Source: an uncultured Chitinophaga sp. (GTDB lineage Bacteria > Bacteroidota > Bacteroidia > Chitinophagales > LD1). From it: a stretch of DNA of 64,000 nucleotides. The translations under genes and the position numbers were made by a program. Below, one piece after another: positions 49,158 to 59,188 of this stretch. The stretch is from assembly GCA_964615305.1 (NCBI GenBank), contig CAZTNA010000001.1, positions 382,793 to 446,792 of the forward strand, given 5' to 3'. The number at the start of each line of letters is the position of its first letter. Position 1 is the stretch's first letter. The notes beneath the pieces were generated by a model, which saw only the letters and a list, made by a program, of their open reading frames with translations, was not told the origin of the DNA and made no database searches.

Positions 49158-50213
49158 ATGACTATGATTAAAAGAATTTTACAAATGGCTGTAATCTTGC
49201 TTTTGTTTGTGGAAACAAAAGCTCAGGATGTACACCTATCTCAGTACAATGCATCGCCTCTCATGTTAAACCCTGCTTTGGCCGGAATGAATGCATGTGA
49301 CTATCGTATTTACGCTAATTTCAGAACACAGTGGCTAACAGTTTCTACCGGAAATACATACCGGACATTTGCTGGTGGTGCCGATATGGCTATTGGCAAA
49401 GTAACCAAGTACAACAGCTTTGCAGGATTAGGCCTATCATTTTTCAGCGATCAGGCAGGCGATTTAAATTTTAATTCGAACAGAGTAGATCTTTCTTTTG
49501 CCTATCATTTTATGTTAAACAGAAAGGGAACCATGCAGATTTCTGCGGGTATTCAAGGTTCTTTTAATCATCGAAGCATAAACCCATCAAAAGCAACTTT
49601 TGATTCACAGTACGATCAAATTAATGGAACGGTGGATCCTAACGGAATTCGGGAAAGTTTTGGAAGAACACGTGTAATGTACGGTGATGCAGGTTTTGGG
49701 TTACTATACAGCGCCTTGACCAAAAAAGAAACCAATTTATACATAGGTTTTGCTCTTGCGCATCTTAACCAGCCCAAAATTTCATTTTACCCAAATACAC
49801 AAAACTCATCTACTACGGGTAATGAAAGACTGAGCATGAAGATAACACTACACGGAGGAGCGGCTGTGCCGGTTGGCAAACGTTTAACCATTATGCCCAA
49901 TTTTTTGGTTTTGGTACAAGGTGCAGCCTATCAGTTTAATGTTGGGTGCAACTTCAAAACAGCACTGGGTAGCAACACAAAATCAATGAAAACAGCGCTG
50001 CATTTTGGTGTTCAGTATAGAGGATTGCTCGATGCTGTAATTGTTAGTACCCGTATAGATGTAAAGGGCTTTAGCTGCGGATTGAGTTATGACATAAATA
50101 TTTCGAAACTCCTACCAGCATCGAACTCAGTAGGCGCTCCCGAAATTTCGTTAATGTATCAGGGATGTGCAAGCAAGAAGCCAAAGCCGGGGCATTGTCC
50201 TGCAATGTTTTAA
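49158..50213 (+). CDS. PorP/SprF-family type IX secretion system membrane protein
   Basis: 351-aa ORF separated from the giant gene's stop by 3 nt. Family N-terminal motif DVHLSQYNASPLMLNPALAG. Confidence 0.88.
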   Translation: MTMIKRILQMAVILLLFVETKAQDVHLSQYNASPLMLNPALAGMNACDYRIYANFRTQWLTVSTGNTYRTFAGGADMAIGKVTKYNSFAGLGLSFFSDQAGDLNFNSNRVDLSFAYHFMLNRKGTMQISAGIQGSFNHRSINPSKATFDSQYDQINGTVDPNGIRESFGRTRVMYGDAGFGLLYSALTKKETNLYIGFALAHLNQPKISFYPNTQNSSTTGNERLSMKITLHGGAAVPVGKRLTIMPNFLVLVQGAAYQFNVGCNFKTALGSNTKSMKTALHFGVQYRGLLDAVIVSTRIDVKGFSCGLSYDINISKLLPASNSVGAPEISLMYQGCASKKPKPGHCPAMF

Positions 50214-50345
50214 GAGAAACTTGCGCGAACCAATAATTGTTCAAGTAAATTAATCTGTGAAAGTTCTAAGGAACGTTTTCATAAATTTAAAAACAACTGC
50301 TTCTATTTTATGGTAGCAAGTTTTGAATTACGATGAAAAAGCTTT

Positions 50346-51566
50346 TTATAAATTCAATTTTACTTCACCTAACAGAGTAGAGTTGCAGTTGAATTTGCTG
50401 ATGTCAGCATTCTTATTCTTGCCTTTGTTTATCAAATCCATATTGCTGAAAGTAATTTGTCCGTTATTACTAATGCAAATCTTTTGATCTTCTTTTAAAC
50501 TTCCATCAGGGTTATAGTAGTTGGGGTTCACGGCACCGTCAAACACAACATCAGGCACTTTGTCGCCAAACATGGCGGCAAACATTTTTCCAAACAACAC
50601 ATTTTGATCTGTAGCACCACTTCCGCGCATTATCTTGTTATCATGAAAGTAAATTCCACCACAGTACGGGTCATAAATGCTGTCCTTAAAAGGGCGTGCT
50701 AGTGCTAGATAACTAACAATGGCAGCACTAACAGTATTGTGACCGGATATCTCGTTATTAAACACTTCGCATTGATTAGTAGCCATAACTATAATGCCTG
50801 TACCTGCAGGAATTTCACCAACCGTGGTTCCTTTAACTCCAAAGTTGGGTACATTATTGTTGGTTATTTTATTGTTGAATACGCGACAACGGCTTCCGTT
50901 TTTTACAGGCAGGTCGGGTAAGTCAAATATTAAAACACCACCAGTATTGTTAGTAGAGATGTTGTCGTACACGTCAGCATCAGTACTATTTTCGATTTCA
51001 ATTCCAGCTACATTATCATGAACGTTATTCTTTCGAACTATAATATTTTTCGACTGACCAACATAAATGCCAGCATCAGCCGAACCAAACACTTCGCAGT
51101 TTTCAATCAAAACATTTGTACACGCTACAGGGTAAGTGCCATACGATCCGTTTTTTGTGTCATGCAATGATGTCCAACCGGTTTTTATTCTTCGAAATGT
51201 AACGTTAGTTGCATCTTGAATTTTTATACAATCACCCTTTGCATCGAGTACACAAAAATCCTCGAGCACAATACCGTCTGCTGTTATTCGAAGACCCTCA
51301 GCCCCATCTTTTTGCCCTTTAAAAGATAGTATTGTTTTGTCCATACCCTTACCCTTTATGGTTATGTTTTTTACACCATCTAAAATTAATGAACGGTTTA
51401 GTGTAAACGTTCCCTCGGGTAACTCTATAACTTCACCCTCTTTGGCATTAATAAATTTTTCTTGAAGTTGTTTTTCAAATTCAGCATCTACTTTAGGAGC
51501 AGGAGAATTATTGCAGGAAACAATACTTATAGCCGCTGTAATAACTAAAAACAAAGTATTTTTCAT
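50346..51566 (-). CDS. right-handed parallel beta-helix repeat lipoprotein
   Basis: Start at ATG 51566 gives the lipoprotein signal MKNTLFLVITAAISIVSC. Repeated PbH1-like turns follow (NVLIENCEVFGS, NIIVRKNNVHDN, DADVYDNISTNN, RVFNNKITNNN). Confidence 0.7.
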   Translation of the reverse strand: MKNTLFLVITAAISIVSCNNSPAPKVDAEFEKQLQEKFINAKEGEVIELPEGTFTLNRSLILDGVKNITIKGKGMDKTILSFKGQKDGAEGLRITADGIVLEDFCVLDAKGDCIKIQDATNVTFRRIKTGWTSLHDTKNGSYGTYPVACTNVLIENCEVFGSADAGIYVGQSKNIIVRKNNVHDNVAGIEIENSTDADVYDNISTNNTGGVLIFDLPDLPVKNGSRCRVFNNKITNNNVPNFGVKGTTVGEIPAGTGIIVMATNQCEVFNNEISGHNTVSAAIVSYLALARPFKDSIYDPYCGGIYFHDNKIMRGSGATDQNVLFGKMFAAMFGDKVPDVVFDGAVNPNYYNPDGSLKEDQKICISNNGQITFSNMDLINKGKNKNADISKFNCNSTLLGEVKLNL

Positions 51567-51645
51567 TGTATGGAGGTTCATTTTTGTGCGCCAAATATAG
51601 TATTGCAACTTTCACGAGCCTTTTTCATTAGTGCAGTTCTTACAT

Positions 51646-51677
51646 AAAAAAACCGCCTCAAATTAGTTTTGAGACGG
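51646..51677 (-). terminator. Rho-independent terminator after the 51704..52270 gene
   Basis: On the minus strand: CCGTCTCAAA-loop-TTTGAGGCGG (one mismatch) followed by T7. Confidence 0.7.
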
Positions 51678-51703
51678 CTTCCTGAAAAATTATTGTGATT
51701 ATA

Positions 51704-52270
51704 CTACTTCTTTTTAGGAGCAGTTCCGGTAGTTGAGAAGCAATAGGCTACGTTACCAGGTAATACAATACCCCATTCTGTACCCGGAGTAAGTGGTGTA
51801 GAAGGTATGAACTTGTAAACACCGGGTGCTACTTTGGTAAATTCAGCTTTGATATCATCGCGCTGAACCGACTTACCTTTGCCGCCACCAAACATGGATG
51901 CACCAACTGAAGCTGATTGCGCTAACTCTAATTCACGAGTATCTCTTGAAACAATAACTTTAGTAATGTACAAATATCCTTCAGGATCTGTTTCAGCATC
52001 ATTTAATTTGATAATGAAACTTGCCTCAGCCGGATCTATTTTAACAGGCGAGTTGCCTCCAAGGATATTTAAGAAAGTAACTACGCTTGCGCCATAGCTA
52101 AATCCTTTAGATTTTGATTTTACTTCAATTGTAGGTTTCTCTAAACGGCCAAGAGATCCGTCAGCTTTAACCAGCATTGGCGTGTTTTTAAAATCTGGAA
52201 TTTGTGCATCCTGAGCAAACAGGAATCCGGCAGAGATAATTGCCGTTACGAGTAACATGGTCTTTTTCAT
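51704..52270 (-). CDS. secreted hypothetical protein
   Basis: 188-aa ORF with the signal peptide MKKTMLLVTAIISAGFLFAQ. No family recognised. Confidence 0.5.
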   Translation of the reverse strand: MKKTMLLVTAIISAGFLFAQDAQIPDFKNTPMLVKADGSLGRLEKPTIEVKSKSKGFSYGASVVTFLNILGGNSPVKIDPAEASFIIKLNDAETDPEGYLYITKVIVSRDTRELELAQSASVGASMFGGGKGKSVQRDDIKAEFTKVAPGVYKFIPSTPLTPGTEWGIVLPGNVAYCFSTTGTAPKKK

Positions 52271-52380
52271 AATGTTGTTTTTTTTGGTTTAGTTAAACAA
52301 ATGTAGTAGCTGGTTTTCAAAAACAAAGCCAATAAGTAAGAAATTATTAGTTCACGGAATTTTTTGCATTTCTTCACATA

Positions 52381-52414
52381 AACAAAAATGCCTTCCGATT
52401 TTTCGAAAGGCATT
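52381..52414 (-). terminator. Rho-independent terminator immediately after rplX
   Basis: On the minus strand: AATGCCTTTCGA-aaaa-TCGGAAGGCATT (12-bp stem with one G:U pair) followed by TTTTGTT, about 25 nt after the rplX stop. Confidence 0.75.
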
Positions 52415-52437
52415 CTCTTTGTCAACTTCTTGTTGTG

Positions 52438-52746
52438 TTAGTCAATAATTTTTCCTGTCTTTTTAGAAACACGAACAGTTTTTCCTTTTTCTTCTTTGCG
52501 GCCAACCCGGGTAGCTTTACCATCTGAGATCAATTGCACATTCGAAACATGAATTGAACCTGGGGTTTTTACAATACCCCCATTTGGATTCTTAGCGTTT
52601 GGTTTAGTGTGCTTACTGTTAAGGTTAACGCCATCTACAAATACACGGCTTTTAGCACGGTCAACATCTATTACACGTCCTTTTTTGCCTTTATCGTCAC
52701 CGGCAATTACTATAACCTCATCATTCTTCTTTACATGAAATTTCAT
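52438..52746 (-). CDS. rplX: 50S ribosomal protein L24
   Basis: 102-aa ORF with a KOW motif region (VIVIAGDDKGKKGRV) and the expected position after rplN. Confidence 0.96.
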   Translation of the reverse strand: MKFHVKKNDEVIVIAGDDKGKKGRVIDVDRAKSRVFVDGVNLNSKHTKPNAKNPNGGIVKTPGSIHVSNVQLISDGKATRVGRKEEKGKTVRVSKKTGKIID

Positions 52747-52779
52747 CTGATTTCTTTTTGTTTTTCTAACGGTTAATTA

Positions 52780-53148
52780 TTACAGCACTTCAGGGGCTAA
52801 TGAAATAATTTTCATAAACTGTTTATCGCGAAGTTCGCGGGCTACCGGTCCGAAAATACGAGTTCCTCTTGGCTCATCCTGAGCGTTTAGCAATACCACA
52901 GCATTATCATCAAAACGAATGTAAGATCCATCCTTTCTGCGAACAGCTTTGGTAGTACGAACCACCACGGCAGTTGATACTGTTCCTTTTTTAGCTCCTC
53001 CTGTCGGTATAGCTTTTTTAATACTCACAATTACTTTATCGCCTATGCTGGCATATCTGCGCTTAGAACCTCCTAATACGCGAATAACCAATACTTCTTT
53101 CGCACCGCTGTTGTCGGCTACGTTGGCTCTTGATTCTTGCTGTAACAT
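52780..53148 (-). CDS. rplN: 50S ribosomal protein L14
   Basis: 122-aa ORF reading [19 protein letters not shown] ... , a canonical L14. Confidence 0.98.
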   Translation of the reverse strand: MLQQESRANVADNSGAKEVLVIRVLGGSKRRYASIGDKVIVSIKKAIPTGGAKKGTVSTAVVVRTTKAVRRKDGSYIRFDDNAVVLLNAQDEPRGTRIFGPVARELRDKQFMKIISLAPEVL

Positions 53149-53202
53149 GTTATGTTAGGTTAATGGTTATTGACAAGTTATTCAACTTGACTATTATAAT
53201 TA

Positions 53203-53457
53203 CTACTTGGCTTTTTCTACTATTTCTACTAATCTCCAACGTTTAGTTTTGCTTAAAGGTCGAGTTTCGCTAATCTTAACGGTGTCACCTTGTTTGGCAT
53301 CATTCTTTTCGTCATGTGCTTTAAAACTCTTGGTTGTTTTTACAAACTTACCATAGATAGGGTGTTTCATTTTTCTTTCAATAGAAACAGTAATGGTTTT
53401 ATCCATTTTATCGCTGGTTACGATACCAATTCTTTCTTTTCTTAGATTTCTTTCCAT
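53203..53457 (-). CDS. rpsQ: 30S ribosomal protein S17
   Basis: 84-aa ORF with [14 protein letters not shown] ... [16 protein letters not shown]. Confidence 0.97.
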   Translation of the reverse strand: MERNLRKERIGIVTSDKMDKTITVSIERKMKHPIYGKFVKTTKSFKAHDEKNDAKQGDTVKISETRPLSKTKRWRLVEIVEKAK

Positions 53458-53462
53458 GGCTA

Positions 53463-53672
53463 TTAAGCTTTGTTGCGTTTTGTCAATTCGGTTTTCAAAC
53501 GAGCAATATCTTTGCGTTTTGCACGAATGCTCAACGGATTATCCAGCGGGGTTACAGCATGGTTAAATTCCATGCGTTTTAATTCAGCAGAATCAGCAGC
53601 AATTTTTGCCACTAAGTCTTCGGTAACATATTGCTTAATATCTTCCTGATTTAATTTTTTGTTAGCTCCCAT
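53463..53672 (-). CDS. rpmC: 50S ribosomal protein L29
   Basis: 69-aa helical ORF between rplP and rpsQ ([11 protein letters not shown] ... [11 protein letters not shown]). Confidence 0.93.
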   Translation of the reverse strand: MGANKKLNQEDIKQYVTEDLVAKIAADSAELKRMEFNHAVTPLDNPLSIRAKRKDIARLKTELTKRNKA

Positions 53673-53699
53673 TGTAATTGGTATTAACTATTTATGCAA

Positions 53700-54122
53700 T
53701 TATGCTTCAACAGCATCTCTGCGGGTAATAAATTTTGTTTTAACCCCCATTTTGTGAGCCGCCAGCATCATTGCTTCTGCTGCTACTTCACGGCTTACTC
53801 CATCTACTTCAAATATAATTCTGCCTGCTTGAATTGGTGCTTCCCAACCTTCCGGGTTACCTTTACCTTTACCCATACGTACTTCTAACGGTTTGCGGGT
53901 AATTGGTTTATCAGGAAATATGCGAATCCAAACTTTTCCTTCACGTTTCATGAAACGAGTAAAGGCAACACGAGCAGCCTCTATCTGCTTATTGCTTATT
54001 TTGCCGCTTTCGAGTGATTTAAGTGCGTATGTTCCAAAAGCAATTTCATGACCGCGCTGTGTTGTTTCAGCAACACGACCTTTTTGGGTTTTTCTGAACT
54101 TGGTCCGTTTAGGTAATAACAT
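53700..54122 (-). CDS. rplP: 50S ribosomal protein L16
   Basis: 140-aa ORF with [11 protein letters not shown] ... [12 protein letters not shown]. Confidence 0.98.
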   Translation of the reverse strand: MLLPKRTKFRKTQKGRVAETTQRGHEIAFGTYALKSLESGKISNKQIEAARVAFTRFMKREGKVWIRIFPDKPITRKPLEVRMGKGKGNPEGWEAPIQAGRIIFEVDGVSREVAAEAMMLAAHKMGVKTKFITRRDAVEA

Positions 54123-54150
54123 TTCTATACAGATTTACTTGCTTAAAAAA

Positions 54151-54882
54151 TTAGTTGTTGTTTTCTTTTCTAGGACGCCTGCCTCCGCTAAGATTTCCTT
54201 TGGGTTGACGTTTTTCTTCTTTTTGCTCTACAGCCAAAGCACCGGTAAGGTCACGCTTGCCATAAACTTCGCCACGACAAACCCACACCTTAATACCAAT
54301 TTTGCCATACGCTGTTTGAGCTTCTGAAATGGCATAATCAATATCAGCTCTCCACGTATGAAGTGGTGTTCTGCCCTGTTTATATTCTTCGGTACGGGCA
54401 ATTTCTGCTCCGCCAATACGTCCACCCACTCGAACTTTAATTCCTTCTGCACCCATACGCATAGCTGAAGCAATAGCCATTTTAACTGCTCTGCGGTAGT
54501 TAATACGAGCTTCTAATTGCTTTGCAATGGTTTCGCCTACAATAGCTGCCTCTAGTTCAGGTCTGCGGATTTCTGCAATATTTATCTGAACATCTTTTCC
54601 TGTCAGTTTTTTCAATTCTTCTTTTAAGCGGTCAACTTCAGTACCACCGCGACCAATAATTATTCCTGGGCGGCTGGTGTGAATAGTTACCGTTACTCTT
54701 TTCATAGTGCGCTCAATAACAATACGCGAAATACCGCCCTTGTTTATACGGGCATTCAGATACTTGCGTATTTTCTCATCTTCCACTAGTTTTTGAGCGG
54801 CATCTTTGCCACCATACCAGTTGCTGTCCCAGCCACGTACTATTCCGAGGCGGTTAGAAATCGGACTTGTTTTTTGACCCAT
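54151..54882 (-). CDS. rpsC: 30S ribosomal protein S3
   Basis: 243-aa ORF with [23 protein letters not shown], a KH domain and a basic C-terminal extension. Confidence 0.98.
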   Translation of the reverse strand: MGQKTSPISNRLGIVRGWDSNWYGGKDAAQKLVEDEKIRKYLNARINKGGISRIVIERTMKRVTVTIHTSRPGIIIGRGGTEVDRLKEELKKLTGKDVQINIAEIRRPELEAAIVGETIAKQLEARINYRRAVKMAIASAMRMGAEGIKVRVGGRIGGAEIARTEEYKQGRTPLHTWRADIDYAISEAQTAYGKIGIKVWVCRGEVYGKRDLTGALAVEQKEEKRQPKGNLSGGRRPRKENNN

Positions 54883-54922
54883 TTTGGTGTGTTTTGTTAC
54901 CCTATTTTATTTTAAGGGACGG

Positions 54923-54953
54923 CAAAAATAGATTTTAGGACGAGAGTTGCAAA
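54923..54953 (-). promoter_or_regulatory. Bacteroidota-type promoter candidate upstream of rpsC
   Basis: The minus strand reads TTTG-N19-TATTTTTG, matching the -33 TTTG / -7 TAnnTTTG consensus. The -7 box ends 40 nt before the rpsC ATG. Confidence 0.45.
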
Positions 54954-55096
54954 TGTGGTGGAAAAGAAATTGATACGCATCAGTTAATAGACTCTTGAAT
55001 TTGCAAAGTGGCCTGTGTAGCCCGAAAATGTAGCAAATTGGCGAAAAAATGTATTAGCGTGATAATAGAACAATTATCATTGCCGCCTCAAATTAA

Positions 55097-56140
55097 ATGC
55101 AACTTATGGCCACTTTTAACCGCGAACAACTCTTAGATGACCTTAAAAACTGGAGATCTATCGTAAAGAAGTATCAAGTGCCAAGCACTAAGGACGCGGT
55201 AATTCAACTGGCGAACAGTTTTGCTTTTTATGTTGCTTTACTTGTGTTACAATTTTATTTGTATGATAAGTCTGTTTGGCTTTCTGCGTTGGTGGCTATA
55301 CTTAACGGGTTTATCTTAGGTCGAATTTTTATTATTCAGCACGATTGTGGGCATAGTTCTTTTACAAGAAGCCGAATTGCTAACGACATTATTGGAACTG
55401 TGTGTAGCGTTTGTACTCTAATTCCGTATAAGTATTGGGCCAAAAATCACAGTTTTCATCATGCTCACAACGGGCAATTAGAATTTACCGATATTGGTGA
55501 TATTGAGTGTTTAACCACAGAAACCTATGCTGCACTCAGCTGGAAACAGAAGTTGTGGTACCGCATTTATCGAAATCCGTTTTATCTATTCACTATAGGC
55601 GGTTTTATATATGTTGTAATCTATAATCGCTTTGCCTTTTTAAATACTGATTATTTTAAGAAGGTGCGAAAAAATGTAGCCCTTAGTAATGTGTTGTTTT
55701 TGGTGTTGTATGCTGGGTTAGCATACCTTTTAAGCCCGGGTAGATTTTTGGTAGTGCAGTTTATCAATCTGCTTTTTTTTGGAACGTATGCTCTCTGGTT
55801 TTTTTACATCCAGCATCAATATGAGCATGTTTATAAAAGTGGAAAAGAAAATTGGGATTATGTGGTTGCAGCTATGAAAGGAAGTACCTATTATAAGCTA
55901 CCTTGGATAGGGCATTGGCTAACCGGTAATATTGGCTATCATCACATACACCATCTTTCGCCCGCTATTCCGAATTACAACTTAGCACGAGTTCACCGAG
56001 AGAATCCGGTTTTTGAGAAACATACAAACACCATTACTTTTTGGCAGAGCTTAAAAACGGTGCAAGCCAACTTATGGGATGCCGGACAGCAAAAAATGAT
56101 CTCGTTCCGGGAATACAGCCGCAACAAGAAACGCACGTAG
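55097..56140 (+). CDS. membrane fatty acid desaturase
   Basis: 347-aa ORF with the three histidine boxes HDCGH, HSFHH and HHIHH plus TM helices. Confidence 0.88.
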   Translation: MQLMATFNREQLLDDLKNWRSIVKKYQVPSTKDAVIQLANSFAFYVALLVLQFYLYDKSVWLSALVAILNGFILGRIFIIQHDCGHSSFTRSRIANDIIGTVCSVCTLIPYKYWAKNHSFHHAHNGQLEFTDIGDIECLTTETYAALSWKQKLWYRIYRNPFYLFTIGGFIYVVIYNRFAFLNTDYFKKVRKNVALSNVLFLVLYAGLAYLLSPGRFLVVQFINLLFFGTYALWFFYIQHQYEHVYKSGKENWDYVVAAMKGSTYYKLPWIGHWLTGNIGYHHIHHLSPAIPNYNLARVHRENPVFEKHTNTITFWQSLKTVQANLWDAGQQKMISFREYSRNKKRT

Positions 56141-56254
56141 TATTTGCGCCAACACTTCTCCGGTGAATGGAAAGTTGAAGTAATGTAATTATCAACTTTC
56201 GTTAAGGGGTAATGTTATCTTATAATTGGTGAAACTACCCTTGCAACTTCATAA

Positions 56255-57043
56255 TTAAGAATTGGACAATGCTTCTTTTTTCATCGCTTTTGCCAGTTCT
56301 TCACCCAAGTAGCTTTCAATAAAGCCATGGGCAATGTAAATTAAGGGGGTCATAAGCAAAGCCATTAAGAATTTATATAGATAGCCAACTGAGCCTACTG
56401 CTAGTATTAAGGGTATATTCCACTGTTGCTCGGGTTTGCCAATTTTTGAAAAATAGAAAGCGTAAAACAACACCACAAATGTATCTATTAACTGAGATAC
56501 TACGGTTGATCCGGTGCTGCGTAGCCATATTTTGCCTTCTCCCGTTTTGCGTTTTACCCAATGAAAAACAGTAACATCTACAAACTGTCCTATGATAAAT
56601 GCCAGAATAGAGCCCACTATAATGTTGGTGCCTTGACCGAAGACAGCATCGTAAGCGTTTTCATAGTTCATTTCCTTTCCGAATTCAGAAGTGTAAATCC
56701 ACCACGGGGCAGGGGATGTATTCATAGCCAAAGTTAGCATTACAAAAGCGTAAGCTATCATACATGCTCCCAGTATGGATAGAAACCTTACGCCTTTGGG
56801 TCCAAAATATTCATTGATTATATCGGTCATAATAAACACAAAAGGCCACAGTATAATGCCGCACGTTAAGCTAAACCCCTCTATACGCTCACCAAAAATG
56901 TTGAATATAAATGTAGAAATGCCAAGGGTGTTTTCTAGTGAAAATATTTTCACCCCCATAAATTCGGCTACTAATGCATTAGTAAGAAAAAACGCTGCAA
57001 GGCCAATAAACAGGCGATTGGCTTTGTTGTTTAGCACCTGCAT
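56255..57043 (-). CDS. yhhQ: queuosine precursor transporter (YhhQ/VUT family)
   Basis: 262-aa polytopic ORF with a family-like segment (RSTGSTVVSQLIDTFVV). It starts 9 nt after the accD stop. Confidence 0.8.
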   Translation of the reverse strand: MQVLNNKANRLFIGLAAFFLTNALVAEFMGVKIFSLENTLGISTFIFNIFGERIEGFSLTCGIILWPFVFIMTDIINEYFGPKGVRFLSILGACMIAYAFVMLTLAMNTSPAPWWIYTSEFGKEMNYENAYDAVFGQGTNIIVGSILAFIIGQFVDVTVFHWVKRKTGEGKIWLRSTGSTVVSQLIDTFVVLFYAFYFSKIGKPEQQWNIPLILAVGSVGYLYKFLMALLMTPLIYIAHGFIESYLGEELAKAMKKEALSNS

Positions 57044-57052
57044 AAAGTAATT

Positions 57053-57913
57053 TTAGTTTGTAAGAAGAGAAAGTAGTGTAGCTAACTTCTCTTTCAGATT
57101 TTTTCGTTCCACTATAAAGTCAAGAAATCCGTTTTCTAATTGAAACTCTGATGTTTGAAATCCTTCAGGGAGTTTTTTCTTGATCGTTTCTTCAATTACG
57201 CGTGGGCCTGCAAAACCTATGAGCGCCCCCGGCTCAGCAATATTGAAGTCGCCTAACATAGCAAACGAAGCGGTAACGCCACCGGTAGTAGGGTTGGTCA
57301 TTAGGCTGAAATAAGGAATTTTTGCGTCTGCCAGTTGATTAAGTTTAGCTGAAGTTTTGGCCATTTGCATAAGTGAAAATGCGCTTTCCTGCATTCTTGC
57401 TCCACCACTTTTTGATATAATAATCAGAGGCGTTTTGTGCTGTATGCAGTAGTCTATTGCGCGGGCAATTTTCTCACCCATTACCGATCCCATACTCCCC
57501 GCTACAAAGCGAAAATCCATAGCTGCAACAGTAAGATGGAAATCATTACAAGTGCCCGTTGCTACACGCATGGCTTCGTGCAATCCGGTTTTATCAATGG
57601 TTTCTTCTATTCTATCCTGATAGGGTTTAAGATCTACGAAATGCAATACATCTTTAGGCACTAAATCATCGAAAAGTTCAGTAAATTTTTCTCCGTCAAA
57701 AATCAGTTTGAAATAATCGGCTGCATCTATTTTTTCATGATAACCACACTCTGGGCATACGCTGAGATTATCTGTAAACTTATTTGCCAGCATAGTGGCT
57801 TTACAGTTTCCACACTTATGCCATACTCCTTCAGGAGTTTCCTTTTTTTCTTCGGTAGAGGTATGTACTCCCTTACGGAATCGTTTCCACCAGGGAACTT
57901 TTTCATCAGTCAT
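57053..57913 (-). CDS. accD: acetyl-CoA carboxylase carboxyltransferase beta subunit
   Basis: 286-aa ORF with the N-terminal zinc ribbon CGNCKATM ... CPECGYH and a carboxyltransferase domain (GGARMQE). Confidence 0.95.
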   Translation of the reverse strand: MTDEKVPWWKRFRKGVHTSTEEKKETPEGVWHKCGNCKATMLANKFTDNLSVCPECGYHEKIDAADYFKLIFDGEKFTELFDDLVPKDVLHFVDLKPYQDRIEETIDKTGLHEAMRVATGTCNDFHLTVAAMDFRFVAGSMGSVMGEKIARAIDYCIQHKTPLIIISKSGGARMQESAFSLMQMAKTSAKLNQLADAKIPYFSLMTNPTTGGVTASFAMLGDFNIAEPGALIGFAGPRVIEETIKKKLPEGFQTSEFQLENGFLDFIVERKNLKEKLATLLSLLTN

Positions 57914-57959
57914 GTTTACCTGTGTTGGTTTAACACTGTCTAAAGTGAAAAGGTAATGT

Positions 57960-59021
57960 CTATGCTATGGTAACTTCTTTACAAAGGTAAACATCCTGAA
58001 TTGCGTTCAGCAATGCAACACCCTCTTTTAGCGGACGTTGAAATGCTTTTCTTCCGCTTATTAGCCCCATACCTCCTGCTCGCTTGTTTACTATGGCCGT
58101 TGCCACCGCTTCAGCTAAGTCAGTAGCACCACTTGATGCGCCACCACTGTTTATTAACCCCACGCGACCCATGTAGCAGTTAGCTACCTGATAACGACAA
58201 AGATCAATAGGGTGGTCAGTAGTTAACTCACTGTAAACTTTTTTATGGGTTTTACCAAAGTTGATGGCTGTGTAGCCCCCGTTGTTTTCGGGCAATTTTT
58301 GTTTAATGATGTCGGCTTGGATGGTAACTCCCAAATGATTAGCTTGACCGGTTAGGTCGGCAGATACATGATAATCTTTCTCTGCTGTTTTAAACGCTGA
58401 ATTACGGGTGTAGCACCACAAAATTGTAGCCATACCTAACTCATGAGCGTATTCAAATGCCTTTGCAACCTCTACAATCTGGCGCTTAGATTCTTCGCTA
58501 CCAAAGTAAATGGTGGCCCCTACTGCGGCAGCTCCCATGTTCCAGGCATCTTTAATAGTTCCAAACATTATTTGGTCGAACGAGTTAGGGTAACTTATAA
58601 ACTCGTTGTGATTAATTTTAACCACAAACGGTATTTTGTGAGCGTATTTACGTGCTACTATACCAAGCACACCGTAGGTTGTGGCCACAGCGTTGCAACC
58701 TCCTTCAATAGCGAGTTTAATAATATTTTCAGGGTCAAACATGGGCACGTTAGGTGCAAATGATGCACCTGCGCTGTGTTCTATGCCCTGGTCAACAGGT
58801 AGTATTGAAACATACCCCGTGCCACCTAAGCGGCCACTGTCAGCAATTAGTGAAAGGTTTCTAAGCGTTTGAATATTTCGGTTGCTGTCTTTCCAAATAG
58901 TATCTATAAACTTCTTACTGGGTAAGTGAAGTTGTTCTTTGCTGATTGTCTTACATTGGTGGTTAAGAAGATAACTGGCTTTTTCTTCTCCAAGTAATTT
59001 TTCGATGTCTTCGCGTTTCAT
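57960..59021 (-). CDS. fbaB: class I fructose-bisphosphate aldolase (DhnA/FbaB type)
   Basis: 353-aa ORF. Its length and pattern ([21 protein letters not shown]) fit the FbaB-like class I aldolase family. Confidence 0.82.
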   Translation of the reverse strand: MKREDIEKLLGEEKASYLLNHQCKTISKEQLHLPSKKFIDTIWKDSNRNIQTLRNLSLIADSGRLGGTGYVSILPVDQGIEHSAGASFAPNVPMFDPENIIKLAIEGGCNAVATTYGVLGIVARKYAHKIPFVVKINHNEFISYPNSFDQIMFGTIKDAWNMGAAAVGATIYFGSEESKRQIVEVAKAFEYAHELGMATILWCYTRNSAFKTAEKDYHVSADLTGQANHLGVTIQADIIKQKLPENNGGYTAINFGKTHKKVYSELTTDHPIDLCRYQVANCYMGRVGLINSGGASSGATDLAEAVATAIVNKRAGGMGLISGRKAFQRPLKEGVALLNAIQDVYLCKEVTIA

Positions 59022-59188
59022 GCTAATTTTTTAAAGAGGGGGCTAATGTAAAATGAATTGTATAAGAGCGAACTTTTTTGTTGTTCGTATCACTTCAAGC
59101 CGCTGAAACAATCTTCGAAGCAGACTAACTATTTATTTGCCCCTATAGAGCAGGGTCAATGTTTGGCGAAACCTACCCAAACATTTAT

